Assembly: GCA_963764585.1 (NCBI GenBank)
Contig: CAVXTB010000013.1
Coordinates: 138,517-202,516 of the forward strand
Length of the DNA stretch: 64,000 nt
Reading direction: 5' to 3'
Origin: an uncultured Actinomycetes bacterium
GTDB lineage: Bacteria > Actinomycetota > Thermoleophilia > Solirubrobacterales > Solirubrobacteraceae
The stretch's first letter is position 1, and every line of letters starts with the position of its first letter. A program made the translations under genes and the position numbers. The notes beneath the pieces were generated by a model. It did not search any database. It was not told where the DNA came from and saw nothing but the letters and a program-made list of their open reading frames with translations. This document shows, piece after piece, positions 9,726 through 17,718 of this stretch.

Positions 9726-9923
9726 CTAGCCGCCGTTCGAGCGGTCAGAGCTGCCGCCGCGGCCACCCATGCCGCCCATCATCATCCACATCATCGCGCC
9801 CATCATGAGCATGCAGCCCACGGCGGGCAGGATGTACAGCGCACTGCCGGTGGCCAGGACGACGACCAGCGCGACCACCACCATCGCGACACACATCCAC
9901 ATATGAACTCCATGTCCGCGCAT
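9726..9923 (-). CDS. small Met-rich two-TM membrane protein (65 aa)
   Basis: MRGHGVHMWMCVAM...GCMLMMGAMMWMMMGGMGGRGG contains 13 Met, 2 His and 2 Cys in 65 residues. GAAAGGAG lies upstream of the ATG. The ORF ends 8 nt before the ABC ATPase start. Confidence 0.55.
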   Translation of the reverse strand: MRGHGVHMWMCVAMVVVALVVVLATGSALYILPAVGCMLMMGAMMWMMMGGMGGRGGSSDRSNGG

Positions 9924-10327
9924 CGCCGGCTCCTTTCACGAAGTGGGTTGCGCTTAGCCCGACAATACCCCTGGGGGGTAAGGTGCGCGCCCGGGATCCG
10001 CCACGGTCCTTGGTGTGGGAAACCACGGAGCTGGCGCTGCCGCCCTAGGTACCGCTACCAGGGCGCCCGAGAGGTGCGGCTGGTGCGTTGTCGCCCGCTC
10101 AGCCACGCGCCTCACGCCAGCGCAGGCCCAACGAGCGGGCCATCCGATCAGAACCCGCTGTCGCGTGAGGCAAACTACGTGCCCAGCCGTGCGGGTGCGA
10201 CTGGAGCTCGACCGGTGCGACGGTTTCTCTTCCCGTCAGCGTGCGCACTGTCGCACCGGGTGGCCGACGTCATCAAACAGCCTGTCGGCCGCCTGCAGAC
10301 CTGAGAGCGTCTTGGGGACGGTACGAA

Positions 10328-10346
10328 CCCCGCTGACTCAGCGGGG
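10328..10346 (-). terminator. hairpin downstream of the displaced tRNA-His 3' fragment
   Basis: ccccgctg-act-cagcgggg, an 8-bp stem. It resembles the hairpin after the intact tRNA-His at 11886-11901. Confidence 0.4.
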
Positions 10347-10353
10347 TCAGCGC

Positions 10354-10400
10354 GAGGGGTGAGCGAGGGGACTCGAACCCCCGACCGCCTGGACCACAAC
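10354..10400 (-). repeat. 47-bp direct repeat = 3' half of tRNA-His (att-like, displaced copy)
   Basis: gaggggtgagcgaggggactcgaacccccgaccgcctggaccacaac is identical to 11909-11955. It ends inside the anticodon loop. Confidence 0.85.
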
Positions 10401-10548
10401 TCGAATATCGGGTTTGTGTTCTGGTCCGATAGTTGCGATTTACAGGGATTTCTTGGTCGTGACGTCTTGTCGGCTCCGCTCAGATTGATGCCCCAATTGA
10501 TGCCTCGGTGCTCGTCGGATCCGCCGCCTCGCCTCTTACGCTCGGTGG

Positions 10549-10983
10549 GTGGCCGGGCGAACCCAAGCCGTTTACTACTGCGACAAGACCGGCAAGGAGC
10601 CGGTCAACGCCTTCCTCGACGCTCTCGCCACCGCGAACCCGCGCGCCGCCGCCAAAATCGACGACTACGTCGAGGAGTACCTCAACGAGAAGGGCGCCTC
10701 CGCGCCACCGCCCGAGCACCCGATCAGCTCGCAGGTCGACGGCGAGCTGCGCGAGCTCCGCGTTCGGTTCGCCAGGACGCGGTACCGCATCCTCTACCGG
10801 CGGTCTGGGCTGCTCGTCGTCCTCCTGCACATCTTCGAGAAGGACACCGACAAGCTCCCGGCACGCGACCGTGAGCTGGCGGTCAAGCGCTACGAGGACT
10901 TCAAGGCGCGCATGGACGCCGAGCCGCGACGCCGCCCGCGCGCAGCCGGCCACGACGCACCGCCAAAGACCCGTGGCGGATGA
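10549..10983 (+). CDS. RelE/HigB-type toxin (phage Gp49-like, DUF891-like)
   Basis: VYYCDKTGKEPVNAFLDAL...GELRELRVRFARTRYRILYRRSGLLVVLLHIFEKDTDKLPARDRELA. The toxin-first gene order matches HigBA modules. Confidence 0.8.
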   Translation: MAGRTQAVYYCDKTGKEPVNAFLDALATANPRAAAKIDDYVEEYLNEKGASAPPPEHPISSQVDGELRELRVRFARTRYRILYRRSGLLVVLLHIFEKDTDKLPARDRELAVKRYEDFKARMDAEPRRRPRAAGHDAPPKTRGG

Positions 10984-11012
10984 CTTACCAGATTTGATAA
11001 GCTCGCTCGACG

Positions 11013-11378
11013 ATGGCAAAGACGACAGTGAGCCCGATCGGACGCAGCACGACGGAGGCCGCCGCGGACCGCGCCGCCCGCAGGGAGGACTACCGCGCCG
11101 CCCGCGACGAATACGCCCGCATCCGCGAGCTCCGCAAGACGAACCCGATCGCCGCACACCTCCGCGAGCGGCGCTTCGAGCTCGAGCTCACGCAGCACGA
11201 GGTCGCAACCGCCGCCGGCACCTCGCACACGGCCATCTCGCGCCTCGAGAGCGGCACGCACACACCGAACCTCGCAACGCTGCAGAAGATCGCCGCCGTC
11301 CTCGACGAAGAGCTCCTCGTGTGCTTCCAGCGCACCGTCGACGGCGAGGTCGAACGCGAGTTTGCCGCGGTCGCGTAG
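11013..11378 (+). CDS. XRE-family HTH antitoxin (HigA-like)
   Basis: LRERRFELELTQHEVATAAGTSHTAISRLESGTHTPNLATLQKIAAVL. Lies 29 nt downstream of the toxin gene. Confidence 0.8.
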   Translation: MAKTTVSPIGRSTTEAAADRAARREDYRAARDEYARIRELRKTNPIAAHLRERRFELELTQHEVATAAGTSHTAISRLESGTHTPNLATLQKIAAVLDEELLVCFQRTVDGEVEREFAAVA

Positions 11379-11602
11379 CCGCTCACGCTGCATCGGCGAG
11401 CCCTCGCTCGACGAAGTTGTCGTCGAGCTTGACCTCACGCTAGCGACCCTCGCTGAAACCGTGGAGACGAGTGCTGTCCCCGACCTGCCCGACCTCGCCC
11501 GTGTCGACGAGTTCCTCATTTCAGCGTACGAGCGGGCTTGGTCAGCGGATCGAGCGGCGGCACGTCCGCAGGATCGGTGACGTGTCGGGTTCACGCGTCG
11601 AG

Positions 11603-11750
11603 ATGACGGTCGAGCAGCTCCGATTCATCGAGCTGTGGGTCGCGCGCATCGACGCCGAGCCCGCGTGTCGATCGATGACCTCGGCAGCGGCGCGTTCCGC
11701 GTCGTCGTCTGGGACAAGACGAACGTCGACATCGCGTCCCAAAACGGTTC
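11603..11750 (+). pseudogene. frameshifted remnant of an unknown small gene inside the islet
   Basis: High-GC3 coding signal MTVEQLRFIELWVARIDAEPA switches frame near 11663-11666 to VSIDDLGSGAFRVVVWDKTNVDIASQN, then decays. Confidence 0.3.
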
Positions 11751-11885
11751 TCCGGAGCGGAAACGAGCTGTAGGTCACGCGTCGCTTCACTGCGATCGGC
11801 GCCGTTGCGCGCGACAACTTGATGCCTCATTGATGCCCCGCACCGGTGGCTCGCTGCACCCGTACCGGTCCCAGCGACGCAGAAA

Positions 11886-11901
11886 CCCCGCTGTAGCGGG
11901 G
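11886..11901 (-). terminator. hairpin plus U-tract after tRNA-His
   Basis: The minus strand reads ccccgc-taca-gcgggg followed by tttct. Confidence 0.5.
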
Positions 11902-11912
11902 CTTCCGTGAGG

Positions 11913-11986
11913 GGTGAGCGAGGGGACTCGAACCCCCGACCGCCTGGACCACAACCAGGAGCTCTACCAGCTGAGCTACGCCCACC
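11913..11986 (-). tRNA. tRNA-His (anticodon GTG), with encoded G-1
   Basis: Hand-folded: G-GTGGGCG TA GCTC AGCTGGTA GAGC T CCTGG TTGTGGT CCAGG CGGTC GGGGG TTCGAGT CCCCT CGCTCAC C. CCA is not encoded. Confidence 0.9.
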
Positions 11987-12016
11987 GCGGGCCTCGCAGT
12001 GTAGCCGCCGGGGTGG

Positions 12017-12751
12017 TCAGCCGCCCAGCTCGATATGCGGCTCGGTGGGCTCCGTCGGGATCGCGTCCTGCACGCCGGCGAGCTCGAGCAGGCGGCGGAT
12101 GTTGGGTGGCACGCTGCGCAGGACGAGCAGCCAGCCCCCCTCGACGGCCGCGCGTTTGGTCTTCAGCAGGATGCGCAGGCCCGTCGAGTCCATGAACCGC
12201 AGCTCGGCGAGGTCGAGCACGACGCGCTGGCGCGGTGGACGCGGGCGCAGCAGCGCGCGCTCGAGCTCGGGCGCGGTCGCGACGTCGAGCTCGCCGCGCA
12301 GGCGCACGATGCGCTGGCCCTCGATGCCCTCGTCCTCCTCGGCGACGCTGAACGGTGACTCGTCGAGCGAGTGCAGCGCGGCGAGGGTGCCGACCGCCTC
12401 GTCGCGATCGGCGTAGGTCGTCTGACGGCGCAGGCGGCCGCCGCGGAAGTGATAGGCCCAGCAGCGCGTCGTCTCCTCGACCGCGCCGTTGCGGTCCACG
12501 CGCAGGGTCCCGGTGGCGAGCACCGCGGGGCCGTGCTCCTCGACGTCGTGCAGGGTCGCCTCGAGCCCGACCCCCTCCGCAGCAAGCGCGGCAAACGCCT
12601 CGCGCAGCTCGGCCGATCCGCGCAGGACGCGCCCGTCAGCGACGTACGGCTGCCAGATGACGTCGTCGCCCGCGACGCCGAGCACCGCGTCAAGGCCACC
12701 GACTGCGTGCGCCCGCCAGAGGTCGCGAACCAACTCGACCGGACTCCCCAT
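12017..12751 (-). CDS. NTF2/SnoaL-like domain fused to a STAS (anti-sigma-factor antagonist) domain
   Basis: N-terminal half is SnoaL-like: VELVRDLWRAH...CWAYHFRGGRLRRQTTYADRDEA. C-terminal half is STAS: IVRLRGELDVATAPELE...LAELRFMDSTGLRILL. Confidence 0.7.
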   Translation of the reverse strand: MGSPVELVRDLWRAHAVGGLDAVLGVAGDDVIWQPYVADGRVLRGSAELREAFAALAAEGVGLEATLHDVEEHGPAVLATGTLRVDRNGAVEETTRCWAYHFRGGRLRRQTTYADRDEAVGTLAALHSLDESPFSVAEEDEGIEGQRIVRLRGELDVATAPELERALLRPRPPRQRVVLDLAELRFMDSTGLRILLKTKRAAVEGGWLLVLRSVPPNIRRLLELAGVQDAIPTEPTEPHIELGG

Positions 12752-12781
12752 CGACCTAAGGCTAGCCGGTGGGGCCGTGGG

Positions 12782-14173
12782 CTAAGCGGCTTCCAGCGCG
12801 GGCGGCGGCAGCTCGGTCGGCGGCACGATCGGCCGCCATGCCCCGCGGGCGCTGCGCTCGACCTCGAGCTCGGCCTCGAAGTCGGCGTCGTCGCCGTGGC
12901 GGAAGCGCACGTCCTCGACCGCGAGGACGTTCTCGACGAAGATCTCCACGAGCTCGGCGTCGAGCTGGCTGCCGGCGACGCGCCGCAGCTCGGCGATCGC
13001 CTCGGCCGAGCTGACCGGCTCGCGGTAGGAGTCGCGCCCGGTCATCACGTCGTAGGTGTCGGCGATCGAGATCATCCGCGACAGCAGCGGGATGTCCTCG
13101 CCGGAGAGGCCGCGGGGATAGCCGCCCCCGTCGATGCGCTCGTGGTGGGCGAGGATGATCGCGGCGACCTCGGCGTGGTTGGGCAGGTGGCCGACGAGCT
13201 CCGCCCCGCGCTCGGGGTGGCGCTTGACGATCTCCCACTCCTCGTCGGTCAGCTTGCCCGCCTTGAACATGCGGTCGGCGAACATGACCTTGCCGACGTC
13301 GTGGTAGAGCGCCGCGGTGTGCACGAGGCGCTGCTCGGCATCGGGCCGCCCGGCCGCCGCGGCGATCCGCCGCGCGTAGCGCGCGACCGCGGCCGAGTGG
13401 CGCGCGGTCATCTGGTCGCGGGCGTCGAGGAAGTCGAGGATGATGCGAACGAGGCCGTCGCGCTGCGCCTGGGCGTCGGCGGCGAGCTGGCGGGCGGTCT
13501 CGGCGTGGCGCTCGGCCTGGAGCAGGTCGCGCTGGAGGCGGGAGTAGGCGATGAGGATGACGCCCGACAGCGCGATGACCGCGGCGCCGACGCTTGCCAC
13601 CAGGTAGACGAGCACGGCGGTGGCGCAAGCGAGGGCGAGGTTCGTGGAGATCAAGGGCCAGGTGCTCGCCGCCAGCTCGCGGTCCATGCGCACACCCTGG
13701 AGCCACCAGAGGTAGGCCACCATCAGCGCGACGTTCAGCAGCCAGGTCGCGAGGAACAGCGCGACGACCGCGACCGAGAACCAGGCAGACGACTCTTCGA
13801 CGCCGAGGCCGTGGTGCATGACGCGTGCGAGCAGCGACCCGGCAACGAGGAAGACGGCGTACACGGCGGCGTTGCCCACCAGCACGCTCTTGGTCTTGGG
13901 ACGGTTCGTGAAGATCACGAGCTCGCCGATGATCAGCAGCGGCAGGGGGCCGAGCGTCACCATGCCCAGCACGAACACAGGATGCGTCGCGACAACGATC
14001 GTGCCTGTCGGAGAGCGGATCCCATAGCGGTCGGCGATCAGCGCGAGCGCGCCGACGAGCACGATGACCAGCGGCCGGTGCCAATCGTCGGCGCGCGAGC
14101 TCGTCGCGGCGACGATCGTCGCGGCGACGAGAAGCAGGACCGCACACACAGGCGCTAGGCGGGAAGCGCGCAT
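12782..14173 (-). CDS. membrane-anchored HD-GYP domain phosphohydrolase (probable c-di-GMP phosphodiesterase)
   Basis: Multi-TM N-terminal half, then LYHDVGKV...HHERIDGGGYPRGL. Confidence 0.85.
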   Translation of the reverse strand: MRASRLAPVCAVLLLVAATIVAATSSRADDWHRPLVIVLVGALALIADRYGIRSPTGTIVVATHPVFVLGMVTLGPLPLLIIGELVIFTNRPKTKSVLVGNAAVYAVFLVAGSLLARVMHHGLGVEESSAWFSVAVVALFLATWLLNVALMVAYLWWLQGVRMDRELAASTWPLISTNLALACATAVLVYLVASVGAAVIALSGVILIAYSRLQRDLLQAERHAETARQLAADAQAQRDGLVRIILDFLDARDQMTARHSAAVARYARRIAAAAGRPDAEQRLVHTAALYHDVGKVMFADRMFKAGKLTDEEWEIVKRHPERGAELVGHLPNHAEVAAIILAHHERIDGGGYPRGLSGEDIPLLSRMISIADTYDVMTGRDSYREPVSSAEAIAELRRVAGSQLDAELVEIFVENVLAVEDVRFRHGDDADFEAELEVERSARGAWRPIVPPTELPPPALEAA

Positions 14174-14565
14174 CGCGTGTGGAATCGGCGTCAGGGACCC
14201 GAACTTGACGCCGACGAACGTCCACCCCGCGCTAAAGCCCTACACGAAGCGCGCCGAAGTCGGCATGCAATCTCGCTTGCTAAAGCGATTGTGGCGCGTT
14301 TGGACGTATGTATGATTGCCGCCGCAAGCTCGGGTGGCTTGCATGTGTCTCGCTAGAAGCGCTCTAGGGGGGCGCTTGAGGGATGGGAACAGCGAAGGGG
14401 GCAGGATGAATCTCAAGGGCGGTTGACCGCGTCGGATAGGCGCCGAAATGCGCCGACGACCGTTCGCCACCCGGGCCATGTGCCCGGGTGCGCGCGTTAA
14501 GCCCTGATGTTCGACCACCAACGTCCCATCAAGCCGTGGTCCCCCCGATCCGATAGCCACCCCTG

Positions 14566-15820
14566 ATGGTCCCGCTCCGTCCCTTGCGTCATGCCGGCTT
14601 CCGCCGCCTGGCGACCTCGTACACGCTCAACGAGCTCGGTTGGGGCTTCGGGACGATCGCGCTCAGCCTCGTGGTCTACGACCAGACGCACAGCGCGTTG
14701 GCGACGACGGCGCTGTGGCTGTGCACGCTGCTCGTCCCCGCGCTGATCGGGCCCGCGGCCACGGCGCGGCTCGATCGCGGGGCCGCGCGTCGCGTGCTGC
14801 CGGCGCTGTACCTGGTCGAGGCGGCGATCTTCGCCGCGCTGGCGCTGATGGCCTCGTCGGCGTGGCTGCCGCTCATCCTCGTCCTGGCGGCGCTCGACGG
14901 GACGCTCGCGCTCGTGGGGCGCGCGCTCACCAAGGCCGCCGTCGCCGCGACGCTCAAGCCGATCGGCCTGCTCGAGCCGGGCAACACCGTCCTGAACGTC
15001 TCCTTCTCGCTGTGCTTCGCGATCGGCCCCGCGCTCGGCGGCCTCGTCGTGGCGGGCTACGGCGTCAGCGCCGCGCTGTGGGTCAGCGCCGCGATCTTCC
15101 TCGCCATGACGATCACGCTCGCCACGAGCCGCGAGCTGCCGCCGGCGCACGCCGACCGCGGCCAGGGCTGGTGGCATCGCCTGCGCGGCGGGATCGGGCA
15201 CGCGCTCGGCAACCCATCGATCCGCCGCATCTTCGGCGCCCACGCCACGGCGCTCGTCTTCGCCGCGATGATCTCCCCGATCGAGGTCATCTGGGCCAAG
15301 GACGTCATCGGCGGCGGGGACGGCGGCTACGGCGTCGTCCTGAGCGCCTGGGGCGCCGGCACGCTCGTTGACCGGCCTGCTGCTCGTGCCGCTCTGGCGG
15401 CGGCTCCCGGTGGTCGCGCGCATCCCGCTCGGCGCCGGGACGATGGGCGTCGGCTACGTCGTGATGACGCTCTCCGGCTCGTTGCCGATCGGCGCGCTGG
15501 GCTGCTTCATCGGCGGCATGGGCAACGGCTTCTACTTCGTCTCCGTCGTCCAGGCGATCCAGGATCGCGTCGGCGACGAGTACCAGGGGCGCGTCATGGG
15601 CCTGCTCGAGTCGGCGACCGCCGGCTGCTACGGCATCGGCTTCCTGCTCGCCGGCGTGCTGACAGAGCTGACCTCCGTGCGCGTCACCTTCGCCGCCACC
15701 GCGATCGGCGTCCTCGCCGCGACCGCATGGATGGCCACGCTGCTGCTCGGCCGCGGCCAGCGCGCCGCGAGCGTGCCGGGGCTCGCGAAGCTACCCGCGC
15801 AGCAGCTCGATCAGGCGTAG
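14566..15820 (+). pseudogene. MFS transporter (EntS/MFS_3-like) interrupted by a +1 frameshift near 15368
   Basis: Frame 1 gives good TM sequence up to ...VVLSAWGAGTLV and then Arg-rich junk. Frame 2 (track ORF 15368..15820) continues TGLLLVPLWRRLPVV...GMGNGFYFVSVVQAIQDRV. Confidence 0.7.
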
Positions 15821-16576
15821 CGCCAGCCGCAGCGTGCGGTTGTCGCGATCGCGCGCCGGGACGTAGGTTGCGATCGTCGCCGCGCGCACGTCGAAGCGCT
15901 CGAGCACCGCGCGGACGATCACCTCGCCGTCCGCGCCCGAGAGGCCGCCGGGGACCGGCTCGTCGACGATGCCCGGCGCCACGCTCGGGTCGAAGGCATC
16001 GAGGTCGACGTGCACGTACACCGACGCGACGCGCTCGCGGAGCGCATCGAGCGCGGCGACGACGTCGCCGTCCGGCCACGGCACGGTCAGGATCGCCGAG
16101 GCGTCCAGCCGCTCGCGCTCCGCGGCGGGCGAGAGATCGCGCGCGCCGACGAGGACGATCGCGCTCTCGGCAACTGGGCTCCCGGCGCCGAGCGCGCGCC
16201 AGCGCTCGCGGTGGCAATGGCCGGCGACGACCGCCAGCGACATCCCCGGGAAGAACCCGCTCTCCGAGGACTCGGGCGTGTTGAAGTCGCCGTGGGCATC
16301 GAGCCAGACGACGCCGCAGCGCGGGTCGTCGATGCCCGCGAGCACGCCCAGGCTCGCGTCGCACGAGCCCGCGACGACGAGCGGCAGCGTGTGCGCGTCG
16401 CGCATCGCCGCGGCCAACCCGCGGTTGACGCGGAGCGACGCGTCGCCGGCGCCGAACGGGCCGACGATCACCGTCGGCAGGCCCGCGGCCGCGGCCACGC
16501 GACCCGGGCCGGCGGCGCCGGGATGCTGGCCGTCGCCGCACATGAACGGCACCTGCACGAGGCACGCCGCACGCAC
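15791..16576 (-). CDS. arginase/ureohydrolase-fold protein with a variant first metal motif
   Basis: DAHGDFN and VHVDLDAFDP are present. The GGDHS position reads AGSCDAS (His to Cys) when aligned by eye to the canonical paralog at 17719-18621. Confidence 0.75.
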   Translation of the reverse strand: MRAACLVQVPFMCGDGQHPGAAGPGRVAAAAGLPTVIVGPFGAGDASLRVNRGLAAAMRDAHTLPLVVAGSCDASLGVLAGIDDPRCGVVWLDAHGDFNTPESSESGFFPGMSLAVVAGHCHRERWRALGAGSPVAESAIVLVGARDLSPAAERERLDASAILTVPWPDGDVVAALDALRERVASVYVHVDLDAFDPSVAPGIVDEPVPGGLSGADGEVIVRAVLERFDVRAATIATYVPARDRDNRTLRLALRLIELLRG

Positions 16577-16595
16577 GCGGGCGATTGTGGCGCGG

Positions 16596-17087
16596 TCAGC
16601 TGACCTCGCGCAGCCGCCCGGTCTCGACCTCGTAGACGAAGCCGCGGACCGAGTCCTTGCGCGGGATGAACGGGCTGGCCTTGATGCGGGCGATCGACTG
16701 GCGCACGTCCTCGTCGAGGTCGGGGAACGCCTCGGCCGACCATGTCGGCTTGATGCCGACGTCGTCCTGCACCGCGCGCTTGAAGTCGTCGTCGGTGAAG
16801 GTGAGCATCCCGCAGTCGGTGTGGTGCATGAGGATGATCTCCTCGGTGCCGAGCAGGCGCTGGGAGATCGACAGCGAGCGGATCTCGTCGTCGGTGACCA
16901 CGCCGCCGGCGTTGCAGATGACGTGCGCGTCGCCCTCGCGCAGCCCGAGGATGGCGTAGGGGTTCACGCGCGCGTCCATGCACGCCAGCACGGCGACCTT
17001 CTTGGCGGGCGGCAGCGGCAGGCTGCCGTTGTCGAAGCTCGCGGCGTGGGCCTCGGCGTTGCGCAGCAGCTCGTCGGTGGCGCTCAT
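16596..17087 (-). CDS. beta-class carbonic anhydrase
   Basis: Zn ligand motifs LACMDARV and HHTDCGM; 163 aa. Confidence 0.9.
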   Translation of the reverse strand: MSATDELLRNAEAHAASFDNGSLPLPPAKKVAVLACMDARVNPYAILGLREGDAHVICNAGGVVTDDEIRSLSISQRLLGTEEIILMHHTDCGMLTFTDDDFKRAVQDDVGIKPTWSAEAFPDLDEDVRQSIARIKASPFIPRKDSVRGFVYEVETGRLREVS

Positions 17088-17097
17088 GGTCGTTCCC

Positions 17098-17616
17098 TCA
17101 GGCGACGGACGTCAGGGGTCTCAGCTCCTCGTCCTTGGCCAGCGGATGGCGTTCGAGCGCCCCGCCGGGCTGGACCAGGTACGCGCCCATCCGCCGCAGC
17201 GGGGGCGAGTAGGCGTGCAATGTAGTGGCTGGCGTGCTGCCGGCGTGCACCACCCGGTGGATGTCGACGGGCGAGAAGTCGAAGACGTCACCCGGGGTGT
17301 AGCGATTGACCGACGGCGGGCCGCCGAGCCGCAGGCGCTCCTCGACCACGGCGCCCTGCGCGACGACGACGGCGCCCGAGGAGAGGTCGTGGTCGTGGAA
17401 GCCGGTGTCGTGGCCCGGCATCCAGCAGATCAGCCAGATCTCGACCCGGTCGTCGAGGCGCAGGCACTCGAAGACGCGCTGCGCGGGGTCGTGGCGGACC
17501 AGGTGCGCCCACGGCTCGGGGTTCGCGGCGAGCCCGGCGACGACGTCGCGCAGCTCGGCGCGCTGGAGCGGTGCGGTCCGGGCGCGCTGATCCAGTGCGG
17601 GGAACAAAGTACCCAA
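17098..17616 (-). CDS. cysteine dioxygenase type I-like cupin
   Basis: WMPGHDTGFHDH...DIHRVVH cupin His motifs. TTG start. Confidence 0.7.
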   Translation of the reverse strand: MGTLFPALDQRARTAPLQRAELRDVVAGLAANPEPWAHLVRHDPAQRVFECLRLDDRVEIWLICWMPGHDTGFHDHDLSSGAVVVAQGAVVEERLRLGGPPSVNRYTPGDVFDFSPVDIHRVVHAGSTPATTLHAYSPPLRRMGAYLVQPGGALERHPLAKDEELRPLTSVA

Positions 17617-17718
17617 TGTCTACCGAATTTGTGCAGAATTGCCAAGAGGCGGCCGCCACAGGAGGCGCGCAGGGGCCGCGGCCCACAGCGCGGCGGTCGC
17701 GGCGCGCGCCGCCGCGCC

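Larger units (their letters stand above)
10354..11955. mobile_element. degenerate integrated islet in tRNA-His (TA module, decayed ORF, no integrase)
   Basis: Bounded by the 47-bp tRNA-His direct repeat. The ends have lower GC. Paired TTGATGCCYC motifs lie near both ends. Confidence 0.55.

Noticed and set aside
9924-10353. Possible tmRNA, RNase P RNA, SRP RNA or a known riboswitch in the long spacer
   Set aside because: I searched both strands by eye and found none of the following: the RNase P GAGGAAAGUCCGGGC core, a tmRNA tRNA-like 3' end with an ...ALAA tag frame, the SRP GGAAGCAGC motif, the SAM-I core, or the B12 box. Kept only as a low-interest finding for an unexplained structured spacer.
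11379-11908. Integrase or excisionase remnant in the right part of the tRNA-His islet
   Set aside because: None of the six frames shows tyrosine-recombinase motifs (HxxR...Y) or serine-recombinase motifs. Only a frameshifted fragment of an unidentifiable small gene is visible.
14174-14565. c-di-GMP-I (GEMM) or guanidine (ykkC / mini-ykkC) riboswitch upstream of the HD-GYP or MFS gene
   Set aside because: Only loose resemblances were found (gctaaagccc, ctctagggg, an ACGA tetranucleotide). The conserved cores (GGCAAACC with ACGCAAAGCC, GGUCCGAGAG, paired ACGR loops with complementary stems) are absent.
17617-17718. Leaderless promoter for the cupin / carbonic anhydrase / arginase-like operon in the AT-richer gap
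   Set aside because: A TTGGCA-N17-TAGACA arrangement is visible on the minus strand. However, the -10-like hexamer abuts the TTG start and lacks the terminal T, so a call from sequence alone would be too speculative.
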